From: Candidatus Gastranaerophilales bacterium
GTDB lineage: Bacteria > Cyanobacteriota > Vampirovibrionia > Gastranaerophilales > Gastranaerophilaceae
DNA length: 64,000 bases
Direction of reading: 5' to 3'
NCBI GenBank assembly: GCA_944324285.1
Contig: CALUVR010000003.1
Location: 1-64,000 of the forward strand
Part shown: piece after piece, positions 20,052-29,641 of the stretch
How the letters are laid out: each line of letters starts with the position of its first letter
Numbering within the stretch: the stretch's first letter is position 1
The notes under the pieces: model-generated
What the model was told of the DNA's origin: nothing
Databases searched by the model: none
Seen by the model: only the letters and a program-made list of their open reading frames with translations
Translations under genes and position numbers: made by a program

Positions 20052-21005
20052 GTTTTGCGCAATTACTTTTGAGAAAATGTAGGAAGTTATTTCTTTTTCA
20101 AGTTCGCAGCCAAAGTGGTTATTGATTTCTTTTATGAAGTAGCAAGGACTAGTGACGTTGATTTCGATAATTTTCCCGTCGATGACGTCTAACCCCGCCA
20201 TAAAAAGCCCCATTTTATTTAGTTTTTCTGCCACCCTTGAAAACTCGGTTTTTTCAGCGGTAGAAAGTTCTGCTTTTATAATATTTGAATCACAGTGGTC
20301 ATTGAATTTGAAATCGTCGTTAGAAGGAAGTTTTTTAACCGCGTAATCAAGCACCTTATCTCCGAGGATAAGAACTCTCTTATCGCCATATACAGCTTTC
20401 GGAATATATTTTTGAACCATTAAAAGTGTTGAGCCGTTATTTGTCATTGAATTAATTATGACGGCAGTATTTTTATCGCCTTTTTTAAGGTACATAACGC
20501 CCGCGCCAAAGCATCTGTTCAGCGGTTTCAGGATAATTTCTTCGTGTTTGTTTAAAAATTCCATTATATCGGATTTTGAAGAAGTCACTATATTTTCAGG
20601 CATTAAATCTAAAAATTTTATTGAGTGAAGTTTTTCGTTGAACTCTCTTATGGCTCGAGGTTCATTCATTACTAAAGTTTTCTTTCTGTCTACAAAATCA
20701 AATATGTAGGTTGAATTAATATAATCCAAATCAACAGGCGGATCCTGACGGAACATTACAAGCTGAAAGTCATTGATTTCTTTCAGGATATCATTTTTAT
20801 CATAAAAAATATTCCCGTTTTTAAGATAACTTTCGTAGCAGTGAGTATATGCTTTATTCCCTTTTAGCAGAAGTTTGTCAATCGTTGTTATATAAACTTT
20901 TTTATTTTCGTTTAAAAATTCTCTTATAAGCCAGAAATTAGTTACAAGATTATTAAATTCAAAATATTTAAGTTCAATTCTGTCAATAATAAATAAGATA
21001 TCCAT
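20025..21005 (-). CDS. gshB: glutathione synthetase, prokaryotic GshB family (ATP-grasp)
   Basis: VMFRQDPPVD, NEKL, ILKPLNRCFGAGV, GDKRVLILGDK, GLDVIDGKIIEINVTSP. Collinear with E. coli GshB motifs. Confidence 0.8.
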   Translation of the reverse strand: MDILFIIDRIELKYFEFNNLVTNFWLIREFLNENKKVYITTIDKLLLKGNKAYTHCYESYLKNGNIFYDKNDILKEINDFQLVMFRQDPPVDLDYINSTYIFDFVDRKKTLVMNEPRAIREFNEKLHSIKFLDLMPENIVTSSKSDIMEFLNKHEEIILKPLNRCFGAGVMYLKKGDKNTAVIINSMTNNGSTLLMVQKYIPKAVYGDKRVLILGDKVLDYAVKKLPSNDDFKFNDHCDSNIIKAELSTAEKTEFSRVAEKLNKMGLFMAGLDVIDGKIIEINVTSPCYFIKEINNHFGCELEKEITSYIFSKVIAQNLEGCLNIG

Positions 21006-21111
21006 AAAGTTCCCTTCTGACAGCTTGTGTCAAAAAAATATTACCACCAAATATCTTTCTTCACAATGATAAAGGTGGTAATATTTTTGAATATTTGAAT
21101 GAATATTGAAG

Positions 21112-21777
21112 TTATTTAATTTCTTCAGGGTTCAAAATGCAGCACTGTGTGTTATTAACCTGCATAAGCTGAAGGAATTTCTTCAAATCAGCCTGAATTT
21201 CAGGGAAAGTGTTATAGTGCATAGGAATTACCGTTTTTGCTCCTAACCAGTCAGCTGCAACAACAGCGTGTTCAACATCCATCGTGTACGTTCCGCCTAT
21301 CGGAAGAAGCGCGATATTAGGTCTGTATAATTCTTTGTATGTTTTGAAGTCCGGATTAAGGCAAGTATCTCCTGCGTGGAAAATTCTAACGCCATCTATA
21401 TCAAAAATAATGCTTGCGGCAACACCGCCGTAGGTTCCGTCAGCGAATGAACTGGAGTGGTGTGCCGGTAAAAATATTGCGCGGCCCCATTCGTAATTTA
21501 GCCAGCTTCCGAGGTTAATCGGACGGGTTTTGAGTTTCTTTTCAGCTATATGATTTGTAATTTCAGGAACTGCAGTAATCGTTGCTTTTTTCTCTTTTGC
21601 TATTTCAACGGCTTCTCCAAGGTGGTCTGCATGTGCGTGGGTTACAAAAATATCTACGATATTTGCTTCGTGGTAATCGTATTTCGGGTTAATAGATACA
21701 AGCGGATCTACAAGAATTGCTTTATCTTTTGATTTGAATTCAAAAGCACTGTGTCCGATGTATTTCAAATCTACCAT
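21112..21777 (-). CDS. metal-dependent hydrolase, metallo-beta-lactamase fold (UPF0173-like)
   Basis: HAHADHLG metal-binding motif. Confidence 0.75.
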   Translation of the reverse strand: MVDLKYIGHSAFEFKSKDKAILVDPLVSINPKYDYHEANIVDIFVTHAHADHLGEAVEIAKEKKATITAVPEITNHIAEKKLKTRPINLGSWLNYEWGRAIFLPAHHSSSFADGTYGGVAASIIFDIDGVRIFHAGDTCLNPDFKTYKELYRPNIALLPIGGTYTMDVEHAVVAADWLGAKTVIPMHYNTFPEIQADLKKFLQLMQVNNTQCCILNPEEIK

Positions 21778-21850
21778 TTTTCTCTCTCCTTAATTAATTG
21801 AATATAACACTACTCTACTAAAATAGCATTTTTTATAATAAAATACAACT

Positions 21851-22900
21851 ATGGACTACAAAAAATCAATGAAACGGTGTATAGAACTTGCAAAACTGGG
21901 GGAAGGCAGTGTTACGCCAAATCCACTTGTCGGATGTGTTATTTACGATAAAGACGGGAACATTATTTCTGAAGGTTATCACAAAAAGTATGGAGAAAAC
22001 CACGCTGAACGTGATGCTTTATTGAAACTTCATAATGACGAAGCAAGAGGGGGGACTCTTGTTGTTAACCTTGAACCTTGTTCACATTTTGGGAAAACAC
22101 CGCCGTGTGTTGATTTAATTATTGAACGCGGGATAAAAAAAGTCGTTGCGGGAATGGAGGATGTTAATCCTATTGTTGCCGGAAACGGGTTTAAAAAACT
22201 CAAAAACGCAGGAATTGAAGTTGTTACAGGAATTCTTGAGGATGAATGTAAAAAACTCAATGAAGTATTTATAAAAAATATGAAGGAGCGTAAAACTTTT
22301 GTTGCAATAAAGACCGCCTCAACACTCGACGGCAAAATTGCGACCGGTAACGGTTCTTCTAAGTGGATTACGTCGGACATTGCAAGAGAAGAAGTAAAAA
22401 TAATAAGAAACAGATATGCCGCATTGTTAACAACATCTGCAACAGTTATTGCAGACAATCCTTCAATGCAGCATAAATGCAATATCATTCTCGACAGGAA
22501 CTTAAAAACAGTTAGCAGGTATAAAATTTATAATAACGAACGGGTAATCATATTTTATGATGAAGCATTACCTCAGCCGGAGGGAAGTGCCGAATTTATA
22601 AAAGCACCCCTTAAGGAAGGGAAGCTTGATTTAGAATTTGTATTTAATCAATTGTATGAAATGAAGATAATGAGCGTACTTATTGAAGCCGGCGGGCATT
22701 TGAACGGTTCATCGTTAAAGTTTGCGGATAAAATATATCACTTTATTGCACCGAAAATCTTGGGCGACAATAGCGGACGTTCCTGTTTTGATTATAGAGA
22801 GGCTGACGATATAAATCTCTGTGACAATTTTAGAATAGATAGTATTGAGCATTTCGGACAGGATATTTTATTGACTTACTATCCTATTTCTAAAATGTAG
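21851..22900 (+). CDS. ribD: bifunctional riboflavin biosynthesis protein RibD (deaminase/reductase)
   Basis: CMP/dCMP deaminase zinc motif HAERDAL...EPCSHFGKTPPC, then a reductase domain. Confidence 0.9.
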   Translation: MDYKKSMKRCIELAKLGEGSVTPNPLVGCVIYDKDGNIISEGYHKKYGENHAERDALLKLHNDEARGGTLVVNLEPCSHFGKTPPCVDLIIERGIKKVVAGMEDVNPIVAGNGFKKLKNAGIEVVTGILEDECKKLNEVFIKNMKERKTFVAIKTASTLDGKIATGNGSSKWITSDIAREEVKIIRNRYAALLTTSATVIADNPSMQHKCNIILDRNLKTVSRYKIYNNERVIIFYDEALPQPEGSAEFIKAPLKEGKLDLEFVFNQLYEMKIMSVLIEAGGHLNGSSLKFADKIYHFIAPKILGDNSGRSCFDYREADDINLCDNFRIDSIEHFGQDILLTYYPISKM

Positions 22901-22921
22901 TCTGAGTGATATAATAGTTTT

Positions 22922-24241
22922 ATGAAAATCAAAACGACAAATGTTGCGGGGGCATTTTATCCTGCTGAAAAAAACGAATTACTAATGAGTATTGACGACT
23001 TTTTCCAAAAGGTTGCGAATGACTCCGGATATTATTCCCGTGCTATTATTGTGCCGCACGCAGGATATATTTTTTCTGGTGCGCTTTCAGCGCACGGGTT
23101 TAAGTATTTAAATCCCGATAGCGAAAATATATTTATCTTTGCGCCATCTCATTATGCAAGAATATTCGGCTGCGTGTCGTGTGACTATGATGAATTTGAA
23201 ACTCCGCTCGGCAATTGTGTCGTAAACTCTGATTTAGTGAAAATTTTTTCGATTAATAATGAAGCGTTTGAAAAGGAACATTCGATTGAAGTAATACTTC
23301 CATTAATTAAATACTTTTTCCCAAATGCAAAAATAATACCGATTCTTTACGGATGCGAAAACTACAAAAACATTACTGAAATTATAAAAAGGCACTGGTC
23401 TGATATAAAAACCTCGTTTGTAATTTCGTCTGACTTAAGCCATTTTTACCCTGAACGGGACTCGAATAAAATTGATAAATATACCGCACAAATGATAGAA
23501 ACGGGTTACATAAAAGATTTTGATGTAGAACAGGCATGCGGGGCTGTAGGGATTTGCGGGCTTGTAGATTTTGCAAAAGAAAATAAATATTCTCTAATCC
23601 GTGTCGGTTTGACGAATTCAGCAGCCGCAACAGGAGATACCTCACGTGTAGTTGGGTACGGAAGCTGGTTTTTATATGAAGGGGATAAGAACAATTATTT
23701 AAAAACTTACTACGGAAATGCAATTCTTGAAGTTTGTCGTAAAAGTATTATGTCGGGGCTTCAAGTTGGAGATTTCGTAGGAAAATGCTATCCTGCGGTA
23801 TTTGAAGAAGCCGGTGCCGCTTTTGTAACCCTTACAATAAATGGAGAACTCCGCGGCTGCGTAGGTTCCATTATTCCGCATAGAAACTTGTTAAAAGATT
23901 TGCGGGAAAACGCTCATTCAGCAGCGTTTAAGGATCCAAGATTTGAGCCTTTGACAAGGGAAGAATTTCCATATATTGATATTGAAGTTTCATTGCTTTC
24001 ATATCCTGAGAGAATTATTTTTTCAACGGAGGAAGAACTTATCAACAAGATTACGCCATATCAAGACGGCATAATTATCCGTGACGGTGAATATCAAAGT
24101 GTCTATCTGCCTGATGTCTGGGAAGATTTACCGGATAAGCGGGAATTCTTAAAATCGTTGAAACAAAAGGCGAAATTAGAGGAAGATTATTTTTCAGATA
24201 CGTTTCAAGCTTTTAAATTCCGCACAGTGAAGATTGTATAG
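22922..24241 (+). CDS. fusion protein: MEMO1-family (AmmeMemoRadiSam system protein B) N-terminal domain plus AMMECR1 (protein A) C-terminal domain
   Basis: N-terminal IIVPHAGYIFSGALSAHGFKYL (Memo-like dioxygenase fold). C-terminal ELRGCVGSIIPHRNLLKDLRENAHSAAFKDPRFEPL (AMMECR1 signature). Confidence 0.8.
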   Translation: MKIKTTNVAGAFYPAEKNELLMSIDDFFQKVANDSGYYSRAIIVPHAGYIFSGALSAHGFKYLNPDSENIFIFAPSHYARIFGCVSCDYDEFETPLGNCVVNSDLVKIFSINNEAFEKEHSIEVILPLIKYFFPNAKIIPILYGCENYKNITEIIKRHWSDIKTSFVISSDLSHFYPERDSNKIDKYTAQMIETGYIKDFDVEQACGAVGICGLVDFAKENKYSLIRVGLTNSAAATGDTSRVVGYGSWFLYEGDKNNYLKTYYGNAILEVCRKSIMSGLQVGDFVGKCYPAVFEEAGAAFVTLTINGELRGCVGSIIPHRNLLKDLRENAHSAAFKDPRFEPLTREEFPYIDIEVSLLSYPERIIFSTEEELINKITPYQDGIIIRDGEYQSVYLPDVWEDLPDKREFLKSLKQKAKLEEDYFSDTFQAFKFRTVKIV

Positions 24242-24289
24242 TTTTAGTCTGATAAAAAAGTCAGGTGTAAACGGAAGTTGTAGTTTAAA

Positions 24290-24372
24290 AGATGGAAGGC
24301 TGAACCGTATTCTTCCCTCTCCCCTTGAGGGAGAGGGTGGCACTAAGTGCCGGGTGAGGGGTGCAAACACGC
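24290..24372. repeat. copy of the hairpin repeat family (CCCTCTCCCC-TTGA-GGGAGAGGG-TGGCACTAAGTGCC-GGGTGAGGGG)
   Basis: Same hairpin plus GGGTGAGGGG module as at 18340 and 53321-53510. Includes the GGCAC-loop-GTGCC hairpin also seen at 53411-53425. Confidence 0.7.
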
Positions 24373-24385
24373 CGACGTTCTCAAC

Positions 24386-24670
24386 TTATGCAAGCGTATT
24401 AATTCTGCATAATCTTTCGGCAGATGTCATTTTGTCCTGTTTTTCCCCTCTCGAGGATGGTTCAAGGATAGTTTTAATTGCGGTTACATTGTAGTCACGA
24501 ATTTTATCTTGATTTTGAGTAATTGCTTTGCCGGTTTTTGTTAGAGTATCAAAAAGAACATTTAATTTTTCATCAGTACTGAGTTCATAAAACGTATCGG
24601 GATTTCTTTTAACTCTGTAGTATTCTTCACTTGCTTTAAAATTTACCGGTGTGATTTGATTAATTTTCAT
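24386..24670 (-). CDS. small hypothetical protein (94 aa)
   Basis: ORF only. Downstream of dnaX, but not YbaB-like. Confidence 0.4.
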   Translation of the reverse strand: MKINQITPVNFKASEEYYRVKRNPDTFYELSTDEKLNVLFDTLTKTGKAITQNQDKIRDYNVTAIKTILEPSSRGEKQDKMTSAERLCRINTLA

Positions 24671-24680
24671 GTATATACTC

Positions 24681-26543
24681 CTATTCTATTATTTTTCCGT
24701 CAAACAGGTCTACTACCATATTTACCATGTCGGAGTGGGATTCTTTGTATGTTGATTTATCTGAAGGCTCTGGATTGTCAGATGTTTCTTCTTTAACCTG
24801 TTCCATTTCTTCCTCGCTGACAACTTCCTGTTGCGGTGGCTCAAGCGGAGAAGGTGCTGCGGGTTTAGGTTTGCTTACAGACCTGGGAGGCACCTTTACT
24901 TGTTCATCTTCAGGCAGAGGCAGTCTTATTGTTATATTAGAGTTAGTCTGTCCGAATAGTGTATCAATAGCTTCAACAAGCGCCTGCTTTTTACTTCCGT
25001 TTTGTATCTGGTTTAGGAAGATTTCATTTTTCATAGTTAAAACAGTTTCTTCAGGCGTAATTTTAATAGGATTTGCCCACTGTTTCAATAACGCACGGGT
25101 TGGAGGGCTGGAAATATTCTCGAGTAACTGTCCCCACAGAATGCTTATATCATCTGCCGGAATTGATTTTGCTTTTGGCATAGGCGCAAAATCTTCTGAT
25201 TTAGTTTCCTCCGCTTGTGGCTGTTCTTGTTTCGGCGGTTCAGACTCCCTTATTGGCTCTACATTATTTTGAGATGCCGGTTCGGCGTGTTTTATGGCTT
25301 TATCTTCCGTTAAATCTTTGATTTTTTGTCTGTTCAAAATAGGTGCAGGCGGAGTTTTGTAGGCTGCTGTTGAAGTTTGAACAGGCGACCCGCTTTCAAG
25401 TTTTGATAATCTGTTTTGAAGTTCCATCAGAGATGTATTTTCTGCAAGATTTGCAAGGTCAATAACCCCGACTTCCAGCCATAGGCGCGGATTATTTGTG
25501 GCTTTAACTTCTTTTATGTAATCTGCAGTTTTATCTATCAGGAATGTAATCTGATGGGTATCCAGATCTTTTGCCTGAGCCTGTAACTCTTTTATCTGAG
25601 CTTCATTGAGCTGTGTAAGTTCAAAAACGATTTCAGGCTTACAGTTTTTGACGATTAAGAGATTTTTAAAGTAATCCAGAAGGTTTGTCAAAATCTGTGC
25701 AGGCTCGTTTCCTGAATTGTATATTTTTTCTAAGGTTTCAATAGCGTCTTGCGGATTGGATGAGGTAATTCCGTTTGACAGGGCGTGCAGAGTATCAAAT
25801 GAAAGTCGTCCGAGAAGATTATTTATATCATCAGTCGAAATAGCTTCTTCTCCATCCAGAATGCTTAACTGGTCTAAAAGCGCAATACTGTCTCGCATTC
25901 CGCCTGCGGAATTTTTAGCAATAGTAAATAATGCGTCATCAGTTATATTAATTTTTTCACAGTCTGAAATGTATCTCAGATGTTTGACAATATCGTCAGT
26001 AGTAATCCTTCTGAAATCAAAACGCTGGCATCGGCTCTTAATGGTGTCAAGAACTTTATGAACCTCTGTTGTTGCAAGAATAAATATAACATTTTTAGGC
26101 GGTTCTTCAAGCGTTTTTAAAAGTGCATTGAATGCCGTGTTAGATAACATGTGGACTTCGTCGATGATATAAATCTTGTAGCGGCTGTTGACAGGGGCAT
26201 ACATAACCTTTTCTAATATATTTTGAGCATCTTCGACTTTTCTGTTGCTTGCCGCATCTATTTCTATAACATCCATAGGAACGGAATTTGTTATATCAAT
26301 ACAGTTTTCGCACTTGCCGCACGGATTAATTGTCGGACCTTCTTTACAGTTTAGGGATTTTGCAAAAATACGCGCGGTTGAGGTTTTCCCGGTACCTCTC
26401 GGTCCTGTAAAAAGATATGCGTGCGAAATTTTATCCATCGCAATCGCGTTTGTAAGGGCTTTTTTAATGTGTTCCTGCCCAACTATTTCTTCCAGCCTTT
26501 GAGGACGGTATTTTCTGTATAATGGAATATATTTTTCGTTCAT
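24681..26543 (-). CDS. dnaX: DNA polymerase III subunit gamma/tau
   Basis: YRPQRLEEIVGQEHI...GPRGTGKTS, zinc module CGKCENC, low-complexity P/E-rich C-terminus. Confidence 0.9.
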   Translation of the reverse strand: MNEKYIPLYRKYRPQRLEEIVGQEHIKKALTNAIAMDKISHAYLFTGPRGTGKTSTARIFAKSLNCKEGPTINPCGKCENCIDITNSVPMDVIEIDAASNRKVEDAQNILEKVMYAPVNSRYKIYIIDEVHMLSNTAFNALLKTLEEPPKNVIFILATTEVHKVLDTIKSRCQRFDFRRITTDDIVKHLRYISDCEKINITDDALFTIAKNSAGGMRDSIALLDQLSILDGEEAISTDDINNLLGRLSFDTLHALSNGITSSNPQDAIETLEKIYNSGNEPAQILTNLLDYFKNLLIVKNCKPEIVFELTQLNEAQIKELQAQAKDLDTHQITFLIDKTADYIKEVKATNNPRLWLEVGVIDLANLAENTSLMELQNRLSKLESGSPVQTSTAAYKTPPAPILNRQKIKDLTEDKAIKHAEPASQNNVEPIRESEPPKQEQPQAEETKSEDFAPMPKAKSIPADDISILWGQLLENISSPPTRALLKQWANPIKITPEETVLTMKNEIFLNQIQNGSKKQALVEAIDTLFGQTNSNITIRLPLPEDEQVKVPPRSVSKPKPAAPSPLEPPQQEVVSEEEMEQVKEETSDNPEPSDKSTYKESHSDMVNMVVDLFDGKIIE

Positions 26544-26584
26544 GTTAATAATAGTATAACAAAAGTTATTAAAAAGGATAAATT

Positions 26585-27466
26585 ATGAACTTAATTAAAC
26601 CGCCATATTTAAATGAAGGGGACACTGTTGCAATTATAGCACCTGCAGGCGCGGTTGAGTATGATGAAATTATAAAGGCACAGGCTTATCTTGAACGCCG
26701 CAACCTGCGGGTTAAATTAGGCAAAAATATTTTTAAAACCTGCCGCTATATGGCAGGAGATGATGATGAGCGGGTGGAAGATTTGCACGAAGCTTTTCTT
26801 GATACATCTGTAAATACGATAATCTGTGCGCGCGGCGGTTACGGTTCCATAAGGCTTATCAAACTGATTGATTTTAACCTCATCCGCCGCAACCCGAAAA
26901 TCTTCTGCGGGTATTCTGATATTACGGCACTATCTTTGATGTTTGCAAAACATTCGGATTTAATAACTTTTTCAGGTCCTATGGCGCAGTCGGATTTTAA
27001 CGATATAACCGAATTTACTGCTCAGTCGTTTTTTAACGTTGTATCGGGCGGGCAGGAAGAATATTTTTCTACAGTCACTTACAATATGGGAAATGCACAA
27101 GGAATTATCTGGGGCGGAAACCTATCAACAATCGTTTCTCTTTGCGGAATAGATTTTATCCCTGATGAAGATTTTATTTTCTTTACTGAGGATTTAAACG
27201 AGGCGCCTTATAGAATAGATAAAATGCTTAACCAGCTTATTAACATGAAAGAATTCCGTGCTCACTGCAAGGGAATTTTGTTTGGTGAATTTTTAGACTG
27301 CGGGGATGAAAACTGGCTTTCGGAAATTTTTACGGAAACTGCTAAAATTCTTGATATTCCTGCCTACGGCGGATTTAAATTCTCACACTCAGCAGATAAG
27401 CAAACAGTTCCTATTGGTGCCGCCGGATACTTGCAAGACGGAATTTTATCCTATAAAATGATTTAA
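26585..27466 (+). CDS. ldcA: LD-carboxypeptidase (peptidase S66, LdcA-like)
   Basis: GDTVAIIAPAG...GYSDITAL...S66 Ser/His/Glu arrangement. Confidence 0.75.
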   Translation: MNLIKPPYLNEGDTVAIIAPAGAVEYDEIIKAQAYLERRNLRVKLGKNIFKTCRYMAGDDDERVEDLHEAFLDTSVNTIICARGGYGSIRLIKLIDFNLIRRNPKIFCGYSDITALSLMFAKHSDLITFSGPMAQSDFNDITEFTAQSFFNVVSGGQEEYFSTVTYNMGNAQGIIWGGNLSTIVSLCGIDFIPDEDFIFFTEDLNEAPYRIDKMLNQLINMKEFRAHCKGILFGEFLDCGDENWLSEIFTETAKILDIPAYGGFKFSHSADKQTVPIGAAGYLQDGILSYKMI

Positions 27467-27479
27467 AAAGGAGAATTTT

Positions 27480-28238
27480 GTGCCGCATTTTTTTATAAAT
27501 TCAAAAGATGTAAATAACGGGCATATTGTAATAAGCGATGAGGATAATTACAACCATATCGCGAAGTCGCTGCGCGCGAGACAGGGCGAGAAACTTCTTT
27601 TAATTGACGAAAATAAAATTCAATACGAAACTGTTATTGAACAAATTACAAAGAGGGAGATAACAGCGAAAATTGAAAATAGTTATAAGTCTAATAGAAT
27701 CCTTGATTTTGGATTATATCTTGCGCAAAGCCCACTCAGGAGTGACTCGCAGTCTGTCATTATTGAAAAAGCCACGGAACTGGGCGCCGCCGCAGTATAT
27801 CCTGTTTTTACTGATAATTGCAGCGTTAGTAAAAGCGTTATCGAAAAAAAGATAGCTAAGTGGCAGCGGATTATGTATGAAGCCTCCAAGCAGTGCGAAA
27901 GGGCTGACGTGCCATATTGTTCTGCTTTAGTAGACGATTTTACCCCCCTTGTAAAGGGGGGCAGGGGGGATTTTCCTGCCTTTGACAAAGTTATTGCATT
28001 TTGCGAGCGGCGCACAACCAGAACTCTTCACGAATTCTGGAAAGAAAATCCCGTTAAAAAAGGCGAAAATCTTCTCGTAATAATCGGACCTGAAGGCGGG
28101 TTTTCCGATAGAGAATTTGAATTCTTTGAGAAAAATTCTATCCCGATGCTCACTCTCGGGGACTTAATTTTAAAAGCGGATACTGCTGTTACTGTAGCCT
28201 TAGGAAATATTATCTATGAATACTCAAATCAAAACTAA
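27480..28238 (+). CDS. rsmE: 16S rRNA (uracil1498-N3)-methyltransferase RsmE
   Basis: MPHFFI...GEKLLLIDEN...IIGPEGGFSDREFEF RsmE/SPOUT signature. Confidence 0.85.
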   Translation: MPHFFINSKDVNNGHIVISDEDNYNHIAKSLRARQGEKLLLIDENKIQYETVIEQITKREITAKIENSYKSNRILDFGLYLAQSPLRSDSQSVIIEKATELGAAAVYPVFTDNCSVSKSVIEKKIAKWQRIMYEASKQCERADVPYCSALVDDFTPLVKGGRGDFPAFDKVIAFCERRTTRTLHEFWKENPVKKGENLLVIIGPEGGFSDREFEFFEKNSIPMLTLGDLILKADTAVTVALGNIIYEYSNQN

Positions 28239-29640
28239 AATCACATCAGATAAAATCTTAAAAAAAATCGCGGATTTCTGCGACAATGAAATCTATATCG
28301 TCGGCGGAACCGTGAGAGATTTTCTTATGGGAAAAGAAAGTTTGGATAGAGATATTATTGTGGCGGATGAGGATGCAAAAACTTTTGCTCTAAAAATTCA
28401 GCCTTTGTTTGATGCTGTTTTTGTTCCGCTGGATGAAGTCAATAAAATATACCGTCTTGTACTGCCTGATAAAATTAATTATATTGATATAACAAACCCT
28501 ATAGAAGGCTCTTTGCACAAGGATTTAATGCGCAGAGATTTGACCATAAATGCGGTTGCCGTGAATATCAGAACATCGGAAGTGATTGATTTATGCGGCG
28601 GGGTGACGGATATAAAAAATCATACTATTAACTATATAAATGAACACAATTTTGAAGATGATCCTCTCAGACTTTTGAGGGTTTACAGGTTTCAATCGAC
28701 TCTCGGGTTTGAACTTACGCCGGAGACAATCCACGCGGTTTGTAAATTCGTAAAACTTATCCATAAACCGGCAGTTGAGCGGATTACCCATGAACTTATC
28801 CTTCTTTTCGGCGGAAAATACGCTGATAAAGCCTTAGAAAATATGAATAAAACCTGGATTTTGGAAGAATTATTCCCTGTTGTGAATGAATTAAAACAGG
28901 TTCCGCCAAATACCCACCATCACCTTGACCTTTTCCATCATTCACTTGAAACAGTGCGGCAAATTCAGTTGATTTATGAAAATTCATCGGATGAAATAAA
29001 AGAACACATGGAGCGTGTAGATTTTGGCGGAGCACCGCGGCTTGCACATTTGAAACTCGCAGGGTTTCTCCACGATATCGGAAAATTCTCTACCTGGACT
29101 ATAGAAGAAGATACAGGACGCCACAGGTTTATCAAACATGATGATGTAGGCGCTAAAATGGCTGTCCCGCTTTTAAAGAAACTGCATTTTTCCAATAAAC
29201 AGATTGATTATATTTCTTCAATGATAAAAAATCATATATATCCGTCGCAGGTTATGTCGGCGCCTGAAATTGATTTCAGCACTCAAAACGGTGAAAAGGT
29301 TATGATGCGCTATATAAGAAAAATGGATGAAAATGTCATTGATAGCATAATCCTTGCAAAAGCCGACCGCCTTTCAGCGCGCGGAGAAGCGGTAACTGAT
29401 GAAATGGTAGAAAACAACCTTTCACGGCTGACGCTGCTGCAAAACTATTATCTCTCCGTCCGAGATACGCTGGAGCCGCTTCCTGTCTTGCTTGACGGAA
29501 ACGAGATTATGCAACTTTTAAAAATAAAACCTTCAAAGCAGCTCGGGCAAATTATGAATGCGCTCCACGAAGCTCAATTATCTGGTGATGTTACGACAAA
29601 AGGGCAAGCAGCCGATTTTGTTAAAAATTTCAAACATTAA
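28216..29640 (+). CDS. cca: CCA-adding enzyme / polyA polymerase family protein with HD domain
   Basis: IYIVGGTVRDFLMG...DRDII nucleotidyltransferase head. HD motif (HDIGK). Confidence 0.8.
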   Translation: MNTQIKTKITSDKILKKIADFCDNEIYIVGGTVRDFLMGKESLDRDIIVADEDAKTFALKIQPLFDAVFVPLDEVNKIYRLVLPDKINYIDITNPIEGSLHKDLMRRDLTINAVAVNIRTSEVIDLCGGVTDIKNHTINYINEHNFEDDPLRLLRVYRFQSTLGFELTPETIHAVCKFVKLIHKPAVERITHELILLFGGKYADKALENMNKTWILEELFPVVNELKQVPPNTHHHLDLFHHSLETVRQIQLIYENSSDEIKEHMERVDFGGAPRLAHLKLAGFLHDIGKFSTWTIEEDTGRHRFIKHDDVGAKMAVPLLKKLHFSNKQIDYISSMIKNHIYPSQVMSAPEIDFSTQNGEKVMMRYIRKMDENVIDSIILAKADRLSARGEAVTDEMVENNLSRLTLLQNYYLSVRDTLEPLPVLLDGNEIMQLLKIKPSKQLGQIMNALHEAQLSGDVTTKGQAADFVKNFKH

Positions 29641-29641
29641 A

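Noticed and set aside
21778-21850. FMN riboswitch upstream of ribD
   Set aside because: Only 73 bp of AT-rich leader, with none of the conserved FMN-element stems (GGGCAGGGTGAAATTCCC... type).
24234-24494. ORF-track CDS (86 aa) overlapping the 24.3 kb repeat copy
   Set aside because: Built from the repeat (PLEGEGGTKCRVRG), with no start context. It overlaps the 3' end of a better minus-strand ORF.
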